Shown: positions 14,420 to 28,026, counted from the stretch's first letter. The stretch: 64,000 nt of DNA from Eledone cirrhosa (GCA_964016885.1 OZ024752.1:31620001-31684000), one strand, 5' to 3'. The notes: a model not told the origin generated them from the sequence alone. Translations and numbers: made by a program.

Positions 14420-16740
14420 ATGTTGATCTTTTCTTCTTTTCTGGTTATAGCTACTGTCGCTCAGAGAGTGGGATTGGTTCAGTGCACAGTCTTTCCTCAC
14501 TTTAAAAAATATCTTCACGCACCGGCATTGCACGATAGAATTAATTAATAATTATTAATAATGGAGTATCGTGCAATTGCCATACTCAATAACGAGGGGG
14601 TAGCCATCATATATGTATGTATGTATGTAGGTAGGTAGGTAGGTAGGTAGATAGGCAGGCATGTATGTATGTATATGTATGTAGGTGTATATGTGTATCT
14701 ATATATGTATGTATGTAGGTCACCAGTTGGTGCTACTGGTAACATGTATCCCAGTACAACCTGTCCCATGGTCGGGTCGTTCGCGACTAAACTGGCAACC
14801 CCACCAAGGTTTCTGGGTGAGGAGGGTGACTTTGGACATCCTGCAGAACTAAAAACAAAACCTGTCAAAGGGCAAAGGAGCTCTTAAGAGTCAATGGCCA
14901 TCCAAAATCACCGGGAGAGATGACCCCTTAGCCTTTGTCAAGGCAGAATTCTAGGAGAAGGAAAACTCTGATATAACACCTGCAACCCTGATGGTATCCA
15001 ATGATGTTGACTTGTTCTTCTTTTTGGTAAATATCATCTTGGTTAAGAGAGTGGGACTGGCTTTGTGCAGTGCCTTTGCTCACTATAAAAGCTTCACAGC
15101 ACAGGCATTGCTTTATATCTGGAGATCTCTCTGCACTTGTCGTCACATGGTACCATGGGCCCAGCACTATGTGTCAATAATTGTCACAAGTGTAGTGTTT
15201 GTACCAGAGTTTTCAAGTCGCTGGCTGGACTAAAAAGTCACACTCGTTCAGCGCATCGATAGGAGTTCTCCTACATGGATATAAAGTAGTGGCCGTACTC
15301 GAAAACGAGTTGGCAGCCACCATGTATTTATGTATGTATGTATGTCTGGTCACTCTTGAGTGCTACTGGTAACATGTAACCCAGTACAACCTGTCGCATG
15401 GTCGGGCCGTCGGCGACTAAACCGGCAACCCAACCAAGTTTACTTAGTGAGGAGGGGGATTTTGGACACCCTGCAGGACAAAAAACAAAACCTGACAAAG
15501 GTCGGAAGAACTCATAAGAGTCAACGGCCATCCAAAAGTGTGTAAATATATATATACACATGTACATATGTATGTATATGTATATATACATGAGTGCATG
15601 TGTATGTATATGCGCAGCGACATAGATATAGTCGGGCTGGACACCCGATCGTGCGGTTAAACCACTGGGAGTGAAGGACGCTTAGCCTTTGTCAGGGCAT
15701 TCTTCTAGGAGAAGGCAACTCAGAAAACTGGGATAACTCCGATATAAACCCTGCGGCTCAGTAGTTAACGATGATGTTGATCTTTTCTTCTTTTCTGGTT
15801 ATAGCTACTGTCTCTCAGAGAGTGGGATTGGCTCAGTGCACAGTCTTTCCTCACTTTAAAGAGAAATCTTCACGCACAGGCATTGCACGATAAAATTAAT
15901 TAATAATTATTAATAATGGAGTATCCTGCAATTGCCATACTCAATAACGAGGGGGAAGCCATCATGTATGTATGTATGTATGTATGTATGTATGTATGTA
16001 TGTATGTATGTATGTATGTATGTATGTATGTATGTATGTATGTATGTATGTAGGTGTATATGTGTATCTATATATGTATGTATGTAGGTCACCAGTTGGT
16101 GCTACTGGTAACATGTATCCCAGTACAACCTGCCTCATGGTCGGGTCGTTCGCGATTAAACTGGCAACCCCACCAAGGTTTCTTGGTGAGGAGGGTGACT
16201 TTGGACATCCTGCAGGACTAAAAACAAAACCTGTCAAAGGGCAAAGGATCTCTTAAGAGTCAATGGCCATCCAAAATCACCGGGAGAGATGACCCCTTAG
16301 CCTTTGTCAAGGCAGAATTCTAGGAGAAGGAAAACTCTGATATAACACTTGCAACCCTGATGGTATCCAATGATGTTGACTTGTTCTTCTTTTTGGTAAA
16401 TATCATCTTGGTTAAGAGAGTGGGACTGGCTTTGTGCAGTGCCTTTGCTCATTATAAAAGCTTCACGGCACAGGCATTGCTTTATATCTGGAGATCTCTC
16501 TACACTTGTCGTCACATGGTACCATGGGCCCAGCACTATGTGTCAATAATTGTCACAAGTGTAGTGTTTGTACCAGAGTTTTCAAGTTGCTGGCTGGACT
16601 AAAAAGTCACACTCGTTCAGCGCATCAGTAGAGGTTCTCCTACATGGATATAAAGTAGTGGCCGTACTCGAAAACGAGTTGGCAGCCACCATGTATATAT
16701 GTAGGTAGGTAGGTAGGTAGGTAGGTAGGTAGGTAGGTAT
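14420..16740 (+). mobile_element. Tandem array of non-autonomous bipartite RTE derivatives (B'-A-B-A) separated by (TATG)n; ~1.37-kb duplication
   Basis: 14718-15325 matches 16087-16694 (offset 1369); RTE 5'UTR-like ctaggagaaggaaaactctga; terminal C2H2 CSVCTRVFKSLAGLKSHTRSAH at 15191-15262. Confidence 0.75.
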
Positions 16741-17069
16741 GTTTATGTATGTAGGTGTATATCGTCAACAACAAAATCCTTTTGCTTTATTCTTATCCAA
16801 TCAAAAGTTGCCTATATTATCAAATATATCCAGTGTGAGGAAAGCACGATCCAGAGAGGAATGGACGGCGTGCTGTGACCAGCGGCGCGGAATGGACGCC
16901 CGACAGACTGGTCAGTCAAGGTCATCCAGTGTGAGTCCTTTGATTAACCTTTTTTTTTATCTTCCAATGTTTTCACAAGACATGCGAGGATCGTAACAAT
17001 TTGTAAGGTTTCCAATGAAGTGTGTATGAATACATAGCAAGACAGGTATGGTTGCACACACATATTATT

Positions 17070-18330
<1,261 letters not shown>

Positions 18331-18747
18331 TGCTAGTTAAGTGCCATATGTATCTGCGAGTGTTTTTCAACTATAAAAATAGTCACATCATTGCCAAGAT
18401 TATATTACAAATAAGAAATATGATAAATCCTAGAAGACGGTTATTTTAGTTTGTCACAATTGTAATTTTAACTCAATAATACATTTTCAAAGATTCAAAG
18501 AATTCTTTTGTGTTAGGTTCATGTTTGATTTTTCTTCTTTTTTTCATTGTATTTACTATATTGAAATATAGAAATATTACATTTATTGGTCTCGCTTGGG
18601 GAATCAAGCCAAAATGAATACGGTTGCTTCCGCTAGGATCGCTCCGGAAAGTGTTGTCTAACGACTGTCTACACCTCACCCCACCCTAACCAACTACGAC
18701 ATTGTCAGCAAAAAAAAACAGGAATAAGTGGACACGACTACGACGTC

Positions 18748-18815
<68 letters not shown>

Positions 18816-18859
18816 CGACGACGACGACGAAGAAGAAGACATTACATTATTACACTTCT

Positions 18860-19032
18860 GCGGTGGACTGGCAGTAAAATCGGTAGAACGTCCGACAACG
18901 TGCTTTTTTTTCAGTTAAGAATCTTTAACTTTCTGAGTTCAAATCCCGCCGAGGTTAACTTTGCCATTCATCCTAACGGGGGTCGATAGAATAAAGTACC
19001 AGTAATGTACTGAAATCGATTTAATCGACTTT
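18860..19032 (+). mobile_element. tRNA-derived SINE
   Basis: gagttcaaatcccgccgaggttaactttgcc core. Confidence 0.82.
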
Positions 19033-19203
19033 TGACTCTTAAGGTTTAGCTGTAGGTCAACGCTGTTTCCATTCGTGAACATTCTATATGTTTTGTGGTA
19101 TATCTTCCACCCACGTTGGTATGGTATGATACGGACCTGTAACTCCTGAGGGAGCGTATGTGTGTATAAATATATATGTATATATATATATGTGTTTGTA
19201 CGA

Positions 19204-19238
<35 letters not shown>

Positions 19239-19539
19239 AGTGTGTGTGTGTAGCCATACCTATCGTTTAGCTGTTGGTCAACAGGTTTCCATTCGTGAAT
19301 ATTCTACATGTTTAGGGCTATATCTTCCACCCACGTTGGTATGGTATGGTATGGACCCATAACTCCCGAGGGAGTCGTAGGGGCACCATATTTACAAACG
19401 GCCTTTCTAGGGCACTTTTTAAAAACCCGGCAGAGTCCATCTCTTCTCCAGGTCTGAATACTGCAGATTTCTTCCAGAAAAGGATAGAGAGAAAGGGAGA
19501 ATTGAAGTGAGAAAGATATAGAAAGGAAGAGTCTACCCC

Positions 19540-20512
19540 AACACTTGACTGGTACTTTTTTATCGACTATAAATGGATGAAAAGCAAAGTTGAACTCGAT
19601 GGGATTTGAACTCAGAGAGCAGAAAGGAATACTGCAAGGCATTCTATCCGACGTTCTAACGACTCTGCCAATATTACAAAAGTTTTAAATATATTTAATT
19701 GACACAAATGGTTAACAGCATAATAATGGTTTCTACTATTGGCACAAGGCGAGCAAATACCCAGTACATTACTGGTACTTTATTTTATCGAACCCGTAAG
19801 CATGTAAGGCAAAGTTAACCTCGGCGGGATTTGAACTCAGAATGGCAAGGGCCGTAACTCTATGCGTCAAAGCATGGCGTCCGACCCTCTACCGATACTG
19901 CCAATCCACCGTCCTAACAGCATAATAATGATTTCTTATATAGGCACAAGGCCAGACTTTTGGAGGATGGAGAAAGTCGACTAAATCGACCCTGTAAGGA
20001 TGAAAGGCAAAGTTATCCATCAAATATAATTGTTTATACGACAGATACTCAAATGTATTCATTTAAAAACAAACACTACAAACTACAATTAGGATAAATT
20101 CCTGATTATGCAACATCAAAGGTTTTAATAGAAATGCAACGATGTCAATACCATCTGAAGAGCAAAGTAAATTAAGCAATGAAAATGAATGATTAATTTA
20201 GAGACATCCTATATAATGGTTTCTTGTATAGGCACAAGGCCAGCAATTTTGGGAGAGGAGAAAGTCGATTAAATCGATCCCAGTACATCACTGGTGCTTT
20301 ATTTTATCGACCCTGTGACGATGAAAGACAAAGTTAATCTCAGATAATAAAGGGCCGTAACTCTATGCTGAAAAGCATGGCGTCCGACCCTCTACCGATA
20401 CTGCCAATCCACCAACCTTAACAGCACAGTAATAATGTTGTGACAGAGAACCTGTAAATAATTGTTTCTACTTTTAGCACAAGGCCAGCAAATACCAGTG
20501 CATTACTGGTAC
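19540..20512 (-). mobile_element. Cluster of SINE copies/fragments (about 19540-19672, 19727-19912, 19928-20017, 20217-20412, 20458-20512)
   Basis: Repeated ggcacaaggccagcaa and gatgaaaggcaaagttaacc motifs. Confidence 0.85.
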
Positions 20513-21620
20513 ATGTAAACACCTCTCAGCCAGACCTCCCTCAAGCTATATGAGCAGTAACAACACCCTAAGTTGTGAACTCCCCTCAAGCCATAGGGAA
20601 CAACCCAGGCTGAGCAGACACCAGGATAGCCTAGAGATTGAATCGGACACAGCCATTATAATTTGGCCAACATCTATATAACACAAACACATTTTAATTT
20701 ACTTGATTTCTGACTTTCAAGTCCCAATTTTAAATCTTGATTTCTCTTTATTAATTTGTTATTTGTTTTCTGCCCTCTTCACTGTATCACCTTATATTTA
20801 TTTTTAAGTTGAGATTGATTATTACACAAACACATTTTGTTTCATTATCTTATTTTAACATCTTGTTCCTCATACCAATCTATCCAACATATTTCTGACC
20901 TTGAGATTGGTTCTAGCACACACACACTTTATCCTACTTTATTTGAATCTTCATTTTATTTTTCACTTATTCTTTATTCTCTATTTATTATTTATTTTCA
21001 AATTATACAAATTATATTATTTATTTTCTGTTTTCTCCATTTATTGCCTTATATTTCTTCATATACATGGAAGACCCCCCCCCCACACCACCACCACCAC
21101 TATGAGAGATGGTGGCAGGAGGGATGAAGAAAAACCATACACAGATGCTTCTAAATTGTCAACAGAAGCAAGACATAAGCTGACCACAACACCAACAACA
21201 CTACCAAAATAATGGTAGAGGTCAAATGTACTTAACAATAGCAAACACAAACACTACAGGGAGCCTCACCCCAGAAAGAATTCTATAGACTTCTGACTGA
21301 GGAATGCTCTCAGAACTGACCAATGGGAAGTTTGACACTTTTTTTGTTATTTTGTTCCTTTAACACCTTGTCCCTTCTACCACTTTATCAATTTTTTAAG
21401 CTAACTCCAACAATAACAACACTTAGAATGAGGAATGTTCTAACAACTGACCAATGAGAGGAGAAGAGGCCCTTTGACGCTGAAATTCGTTTGTTTGAAT
21501 TCATATGATTCCAGTTCCTCAGTGAAATAACAACCCAACCAGGAACTGGGCATATCAGAGTATTGACAATATTATACACCTCAACAACATATGTACTTGT
21601 CTATACCATACTAATTCAAA

Positions 21621-21673
21621 CTGCCTGAAGAGGTCACAGCCAAAGATGGCTGTCACTGAAATATATATAGCAG
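21621..21673 (+). ncRNA. Minimal type-I hammerhead ribozyme
   Basis: ctgc-CTGAAGA-ggtcacagcca aaga tggctgtcact-GAAA-tatata-TA-gcag; followed by aataaa and (TA)n. Confidence 0.82.
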
Positions 21674-21719
21674 CAATAAACGAAGCTAAATTTTAAACAT
21701 TTGACTTTTTATTTAACTT

Positions 21720-21771
<52 letters not shown>

Positions 21772-21840
21772 TATGAAGAGAGAAGAAACATTTAGATATA
21801 ATTAGTAATAAAATGTATCATACCTAAACTGCTCCTAAAT

Positions 21841-21930
21841 TCCTCGACTACGTAGTTTCGTGGCATAAACAAAAACAATATATCATAAAGATATAGAGTC
21901 CTTGCGAGGTCTGCCGACTTATCAAGAGGA
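21841..21930 (-). ncRNA. Variant hammerhead ribozyme (C3U/G8A core), copy 1
   Basis: Reverse complement tcctc-TTGATAA-gtcggca..tgccac-GAAAC-tacgta-GTC-gagga. Confidence 0.8.
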
Positions 21931-22435
21931 TACCTCATTTTACTAGTCTCAAGAACGCGTCTACACGACGTGAGAAAGAATCCCAAAAGGCGGAGGGGGA
22001 GATAGTCACGCGATATAACGGTCGAGAAACAGAGCTAAGCCTCTTATAACCTCGAAGAAAATACCACGGAGGCGGAGGGGGTATTTATATCGAGGCCGTA
22101 GAAGAGGTGGTGAAGAAGGCGAGAAGTATGAGTAATGGAAGCTTTCCAGCTGTCCCCACACTTCAAAGATTGCTCGACCAGAGGGAGTTATTAACAATAT
22201 ATTTAGAAACACACAGATACATGCGGACACACACATATATACATGAATGCATCCGCACCCAACTGTGAGTTAAGGGTGCCAACTTCACCGATGTTGCTCA
22301 ATGAATGACTGGGACAGACCAATTCAGTTGAACTAGACTGAACCAGTATCAGAGTTAAAAATACATTATGAAGAGAGAAGAAACATTTAGATATAATTAG
22401 TAATAAAATGTATCATACCTAAACTGCTCCTAAAT

Positions 22436-22525
22436 TCCTCGACTACGTAGTTTCGTGGCATAAACAAAAACAATATATCATAAAGATATAGAGTCCTTGC
22501 GAGGTCTGCCGACTTATCAAGAGGA
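22436..22525 (-). ncRNA. Variant hammerhead ribozyme (C3U/G8A core), copy 2
   Basis: Same motif 595 bp from copy 1. Confidence 0.8.
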
Positions 22526-23043
22526 TACCTCATTTTACTAGTCTCAAGAACGCGTCTACACGACGTGAGAAAGAATCCCAAAAGGCGGAGGGGGAGATAG
22601 TCACGCGATATAACGGTCGAGAAACAGAGCTAAGCCTCTTATAACCTCGAAGAAAATACCACGGAGGCGGAGGGGGTATTTATATCGAGGCCGTAGAAGA
22701 GGTGGTGAAGAAGGCGAGAAGTATGAGTAATGGAAGCTTTCCAGCTGTCCCCACACTTCAAAGATTGCTCGACCAGAGGGAGTTATTAACAATATATTTA
22801 GAAACACACAGATACATGCGGACACACACATATATACATGAATGCATCCGCACCCAACTGTGAGTTAAGGGTGCCAACTTCACATATAAATACCCCCTCC
22901 GCCTCCGTGGTATTTTCTTCGGGGTTATAAGAGGCTTAGCTCTGTTTCTCGACCGTTATATCGCGTGACTATCTCCCCCTCCGCCTTTTGGGATTCTTTC
23001 TCACGTCGTCTAGACGCGTTCTTGAGACTAGTAAAATGAGGTA

Positions 23044-23133
23044 TCCTCTTGATAAGTCGGCAGACCTCGCAAGGACTCTATATCTTTATGATATATTGTT
23101 TTTGTTTATGCCACGAAACTACGTAGTCGAGGA
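23044..23133 (+). ncRNA. Variant hammerhead ribozyme (C3U/G8A core), copy 3
   Basis: tcctc(23044)-TTGATAA-long stem II-GAAAC(23115)-tacgta-GTC-gagga. Confidence 0.8.
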
Positions 23134-23263
23134 ATTTAGGAGCAGTTTAGGTATGATACATTTTATTACTAATTATATCTAAATGTTTCTTCTCTCTTCA
23201 TAATGTTAACTTTATTTTTTGTTTTCTTTCGATTTTTTACTCTCGACTTGAAATCATGGCTCC

Positions 23264-23701
23264 GTGGCTCGTAGTATTCCAAGGAACAAATGGGACATAA
23301 CGTCCAATGCTTTCGAAGTCACTGTTACTCAGTACATGGGCTCCTTCGAATTCAGGGACAAAGACAATTTCAGGTTCTCCGACACCAAATGGAATATCTT
23401 TAACTTGACAACACCATCTGCTTCTGGTGGGCACAATTATGAAATTTACATCCACGAGAAGCTGCACGTACTGCAGCAACATTCAATACCCACAAGCAGG
23501 AAAGCAAACGTAACCTTTTTGCCGTCAACGGAAAAACGCTTTGTTAATCATGACAAATACGAGCCCCGGCTGTTCCACAAAATCACTGTAAGTTCACTTA
23601 GCCCATGGCGGACAGCCCTTACCTTCGCATCCTGCATATATACCAAAGAAACGCCTGCATTAATCCCAAAGAAACATCAGATATACCAAAAGGACGCCTA
23701 A
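23264..23701 (+). CDS. Hypothetical 145-aa non-repetitive ORF downstream of the HHR repeat; start possibly disrupted
   Basis: Complex open frame in AT-rich DNA; ATG at 23256 is 8 nt out of frame across a tggctc duplication; no recognised motif. Confidence 0.35.
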   Translation: MARSIPRNKWDITSNAFEVTVTQYMGSFEFRDKDNFRFSDTKWNIFNLTTPSASGGHNYEIYIHEKLHVLQQHSIPTSRKANVTFLPSTEKRFVNHDKYEPRLFHKITVSSLSPWRTALTFASCIYTKETPALIPKKHQIYQKDA

Positions 23702-23987
23702 ACCATTGAATTTGTTTATACATCACTACAATCTTATATATGTATATTAATATGAATATTCGTAATTCCACGTGAATTTTACATCTACACTCACACATTA
23801 ATGATGCTCTTCCTCAGAGCATTGAACATTCTGTATATATTACTTCAGCAAATATCGTGCTATATTCAGTTATATACTAGATTTTACACTACTGTTCCGT
23901 ATATAGAAACTATCGTCTCTCGGTCCGAGAATCAAACTAATAATAATACACACACACACATAATATATATATATATATATATATAGA

Positions 23988-24118
23988 AGATAATATAAAT
24001 TAATATATATGATAAACACAGATACCAACATATCAGTGTTTGTATTGTAAATGACTACAATACAAACACTGATATGTTGGTATCTGTGTTTATCATATAT
24101 ATTAATTTATATTATCTT
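23988..24118. repeat. Near-perfect inverted repeat, ~60-bp arms
   Basis: agataatataaatt..gtttgtattgta aatgac tacaatacaaac..atattatct. Confidence 0.9.
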
Positions 24119-24200
24119 GTATTACACGGCTCAGAAATACTTCTTTCTTTGAGCTATTTCATTGTAAACGACTGCCTGAGTTTTGAACTCTTTATTCATA

Positions 24201-24273
<73 letters not shown>

Positions 24274-24276
24274 GAA

Positions 24277-24325
24277 GGTTCCTGATGATTTCTCCCGAAT
24301 GAAACAGTTCTAGTTATGTAAAGGC
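24277..24325 (+). ncRNA. Hammerhead-like motif
   Basis: CTGATGA-tttctcccgaat-GAAAC-agttcta-GTT; weak stem I; family of 12362. Confidence 0.5.
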
Positions 24326-24384
24326 TATTTCTATATATATATATATATATGTGTGTGTGTTAGGTAATTCTGAAGAAAAAAAAC

Positions 24385-24456
24385 AACTCTGTCTGATGAA
24401 CGATCCAGACGTGTATTAATATTGTCTAGAGTCCAGAAACTTTTGGTAATGTAGTT
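24385..24456 (+). ncRNA. Hammerhead ribozyme motif
   Basis: aactctgt-CTGATGA-..ccagac..gtctag..-GAAAC-ttttg-GTA-atgtagtt. Confidence 0.6.
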
Positions 24457-24479
24457 ATATATCGTGTTGTTCACATTCT

Positions 24480-24525
<46 letters not shown>

Positions 24526-24747
24526 GTTATATTCCATGGTTTAGCTAGACATAGAAATAACGTTGCTTCGGACACATATTTATATATACATATATGTGTG
24601 TGGGGGGGGGGGGGGTTTGTGTCTGTGTATCTCTGTATCTGTGTCTGTGCGTGTGCCTATGTCTGTATGTGCGTGTATGTGCGTGTATGCGCGTGTGTAT
24701 GTGCGTGTGTGTGTGTATGTGTGTGTCTGTGTCTGTGTCTCTGTCTG

Positions 24748-24784
<37 letters not shown>

Positions 24785-25315
24785 TGTGTGTGTGTCTGCC
24801 TGTCGGTCAATGTGTTTGGAGATGATATTTATAGTTGGTAGTTAATCGGCGAATCAATAGTCGCAAGTGCCCAAAGGATATGTTAAAGAAACAAAGTCAT
24901 TATTCCCATGAAAGCAACATTACAAAATAACAAACCAGTCTATGGGTGTCTGTAATAAAGATTACAGAAAACTAACTTTACGTGTTATCTCTTTATTTTT
25001 TAAACATGATTTCACTGTTATTTGTAACTTCAAAACAAATAATTATGATATAAATTTGCATCGGAATAAATAATTTACGCAACGAGGTATATAAAAAAAT
25101 ATCTATAACCTTACGACAAAATCTCCAAAGATATGTTTTGAAAATAACAAAGTTTCTAACTAGTAGTTTGTAATAGATGGAATGAAGTAATTTGCTGTAG
25201 GCTGAACTATAAAGGATGTTTAATGATTCGAGCGAAATTGAAAACTGTATTGCTTCTTACAACTTCTTAACACTTTAATGTATAAAGTATTTCTCGAAAT
25301 TTCGTTTTTATATAT

Positions 25316-25414
<99 letters not shown>

Positions 25415-25449
25415 ATAACAATAAAAAAGGTTTGTTTAATGTATTTAAT

Positions 25450-25496
25450 TGCTAACGATAGTTTCTTCCAGATATAGGTCTGGATTCATCGGAGCA
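25450..25496 (-). ncRNA. Hammerhead variant with CCGAUGA core
   Basis: Reverse complement tgct-CCGATGA-a-tccaga..tctgga-a-GAAAC-tatc-GTT-agca. Confidence 0.65.
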
Positions 25497-25871
25497 TATA
25501 CAATGTTAAAACAAATAAATTCCTAATCCTTAGAACATTCATTAAGATATATTATATTAGAGAAGAACAATTATAGTTGTTAGTGTCAGTTACAATATAT
25601 TTAAAAGTAAAAGAACATTATAATAAAATAATTATAATGAAAAGATAATAATAAAGTATTATAAAGAAAATCTGTTTTAAACCTATATGATATATGCAAG
25701 GAAGATTACTTATAAAACATTATAGCAAGAATATCATACTAAGAATATAGATAATATATATATATTATTAAATTCAATACTACATTGAAGACATTACACG
25801 GATAAACGCAAGGCCAAGCGTTTCATTGAGTGAACTCAACTTATTCAACTTGCAGTGTTTCAACGATTTTG

Positions 25872-25917
<46 letters not shown>

Positions 25918-26954
25918 CATACAGAGAAAGAGAGGGAGACAGGGAGAGAGAGAGAGAGAGAGAGAGAGGAGGGTGGATGCCGTGTAGTAAATCTTCCAAC
26001 TCTACGCTCTGTGTTCAGATTTTGATGAGGTCAATTTTGCTTATAATCATATTAATATTTGCATTGTTTCTATCCAGAGGCTAAGTTGAAAAATAAACCT
26101 CATTCCACATTCCATGAGAGTATCTTGGTCAGACTGTGAACTTTTCAGTTGACCCTCATATGTAGAAAGATATATGTAATAAGAATTTCTTGATTTATGA
26201 TTTCCAGACATACATAAACTATTTCTCAAATATCATATATATTTATTCTAAAGTATATATACAACAAATGTCAATATATCCAAGACAATATATTTTATCG
26301 GTAATTTTACAGATTTAAAGAATGATATATATACAACGGTCAGTAAATAGAAACGGAAACTTAATCTGTGTGATCACTAAATTTTCTGATTTCATATTTA
26401 CTCAAGAAATTATTTCGATAACTTTCACTGGTCCTGAACTTTTGATATTTTAAACTAGATTAATATTCTGTTTTGATATTATGTTATAACATTCTGTTAT
26501 TTTTCTTATTTATTGATCTTTAAAATTGAAGCACCGCCATTTTGATTAAATCTTATCGCCTGGAGTTGCAGATAGTATCAGCAACTTGGTCCTATTTGAC
26601 GAGTTCCTCTCCACTTGGTGAGCGAATGATGTCTATGATCTTGTATATCGATTCGATCGATCGAGCATCATCTTCCCCCACAATGATAATTTTTATTTTA
26701 ACAAACGACAGTCTTTACATGTCGTTCCAGGGGTTAGAAGTAGCGACATTTTGGTCGAACTGGCGGATATAGATGATCATGTTGTATTAATTACTTGTGC
26801 CTAAAGTAGAAACAATTAATTAATCTATGTCTAGACAAAATATAAGTCGGAAAGACGCCGACCCGCTTGATGAGGGAGCCCTACGAGGTGGGGTGGCTGT
26901 CGTAGCGGGTATCTCTAGCCATTCTCTGCCGTAACACCTTTGCCATTCGGCCTG

Positions 26955-27090
26955 CTCTGTTAAACCCCTGTAGTTGGCAATTTTCCTCTCGTCTGTAGTG
27001 CGGGAGGCAGTGCCTGGGTTTACGGCCGAAGCGACAAGGCTGAAGGTGGAGAAGGATTCACAACACGTGGCATCCCAGATCACCAACAAC
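26955..27090 (-). mobile_element. CRE-like restriction-like endonuclease fragment
   Basis: LLVIWDATCCESF..SAVNPGTASRTTDERKIANYRGL. Confidence 0.7.
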
Positions 27091-27554
27091 ATATTTGATA
27101 AGGTAATTCTTCTAAATATAAATAAAGCCAATAAAACCGAGGACAAAAATGATAACATATTGATCGTCTTTGATCACAGCTATAATAATTAGATATGACA
27201 TAAAAATGTTTGTTTGTTTTTTGGTTCTAACTATTGATTCCACTAGTAGTGATTGATTTTCTGTCTTTAATTAGTATTTCTAAACTCTTAAACAACTTAC
27301 ATAGATTTTATAGAAGATATTCATTTATTGATAAGATCTGGTTTTTTTTCTATTTCTTCAATATTTTACTGGTGGAGTTTATTTCGAAAGTCGGTGATTG
27401 ACAATTTGTCTAATTTATCAAATCTATGACCACATAAATTGCATACCTTTATAATTAATAAATCGGTAACTAACCCCCCCCCCCCCCCCACACACACACA
27501 CACGTACCTACACACACACACACTAACCCTCACATACACAAACAAACACACACA

Positions 27555-27730
27555 TCTCGTCAAATCGAACCGAGGAAACAATGTTTCCATTGGTTTTTCC
27601 AATTGGTAATAAAATCTATCGGTCGCAACTCCAGGTAGAAGAAGCAGCGTGAAATAAAGTGTCTTGCTCAAGAACGTAACACATCGCCTGGTCCGGGAAT
27701 CGAAGTCACAACCTCACGATTGTGCTTCCA
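27555..27730 (-). mobile_element. Second SINE family fragment (CORE-like)
   Basis: aagtgtcttgctcaagaac..gggaatcgaa (reverse B box). Confidence 0.55.
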
Positions 27731-27944
27731 ATTATATATATATATATACTTATATATAACTATTATTTGTTACCCCGTATACTTATATATATATATATAT
27801 ATATGCTATGGTCCACCTGGTTCCTTACCACACTTTCTTCGTTCTCAAGCGTGAAACTAATACCACACTGTTCGTACTACACTCTTTGTTATTGTTTTTA
27901 GAGAGAGAGAGTTCATATATCATATATATATACACACTATATGT

Positions 27945-28026
<82 letters not shown>

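Larger units (their letters stand above)
21767..23206. mobile_element. 595-bp tandem repeat (~1.9 copies) plus inverted partial copy; HHR-bearing pLTR/retrozyme-like element
   Basis: Unit 21767-22361 repeated from 22362 to 22883; 22884-23206 is the reverse complement of 22363-22684; copies almost identical. Confidence 0.92.

Noticed and set aside
14151-14505. Poly-Asp/poly-Met ORFs
   Set aside because: (GAT)n tract following a LINE 3' end
21792-23182. Repeated 64-aa and 76-aa ORFs in the 595-bp unit
   Set aside because: Short, with no recognisable motif; recurrence only reflects the DNA repeat
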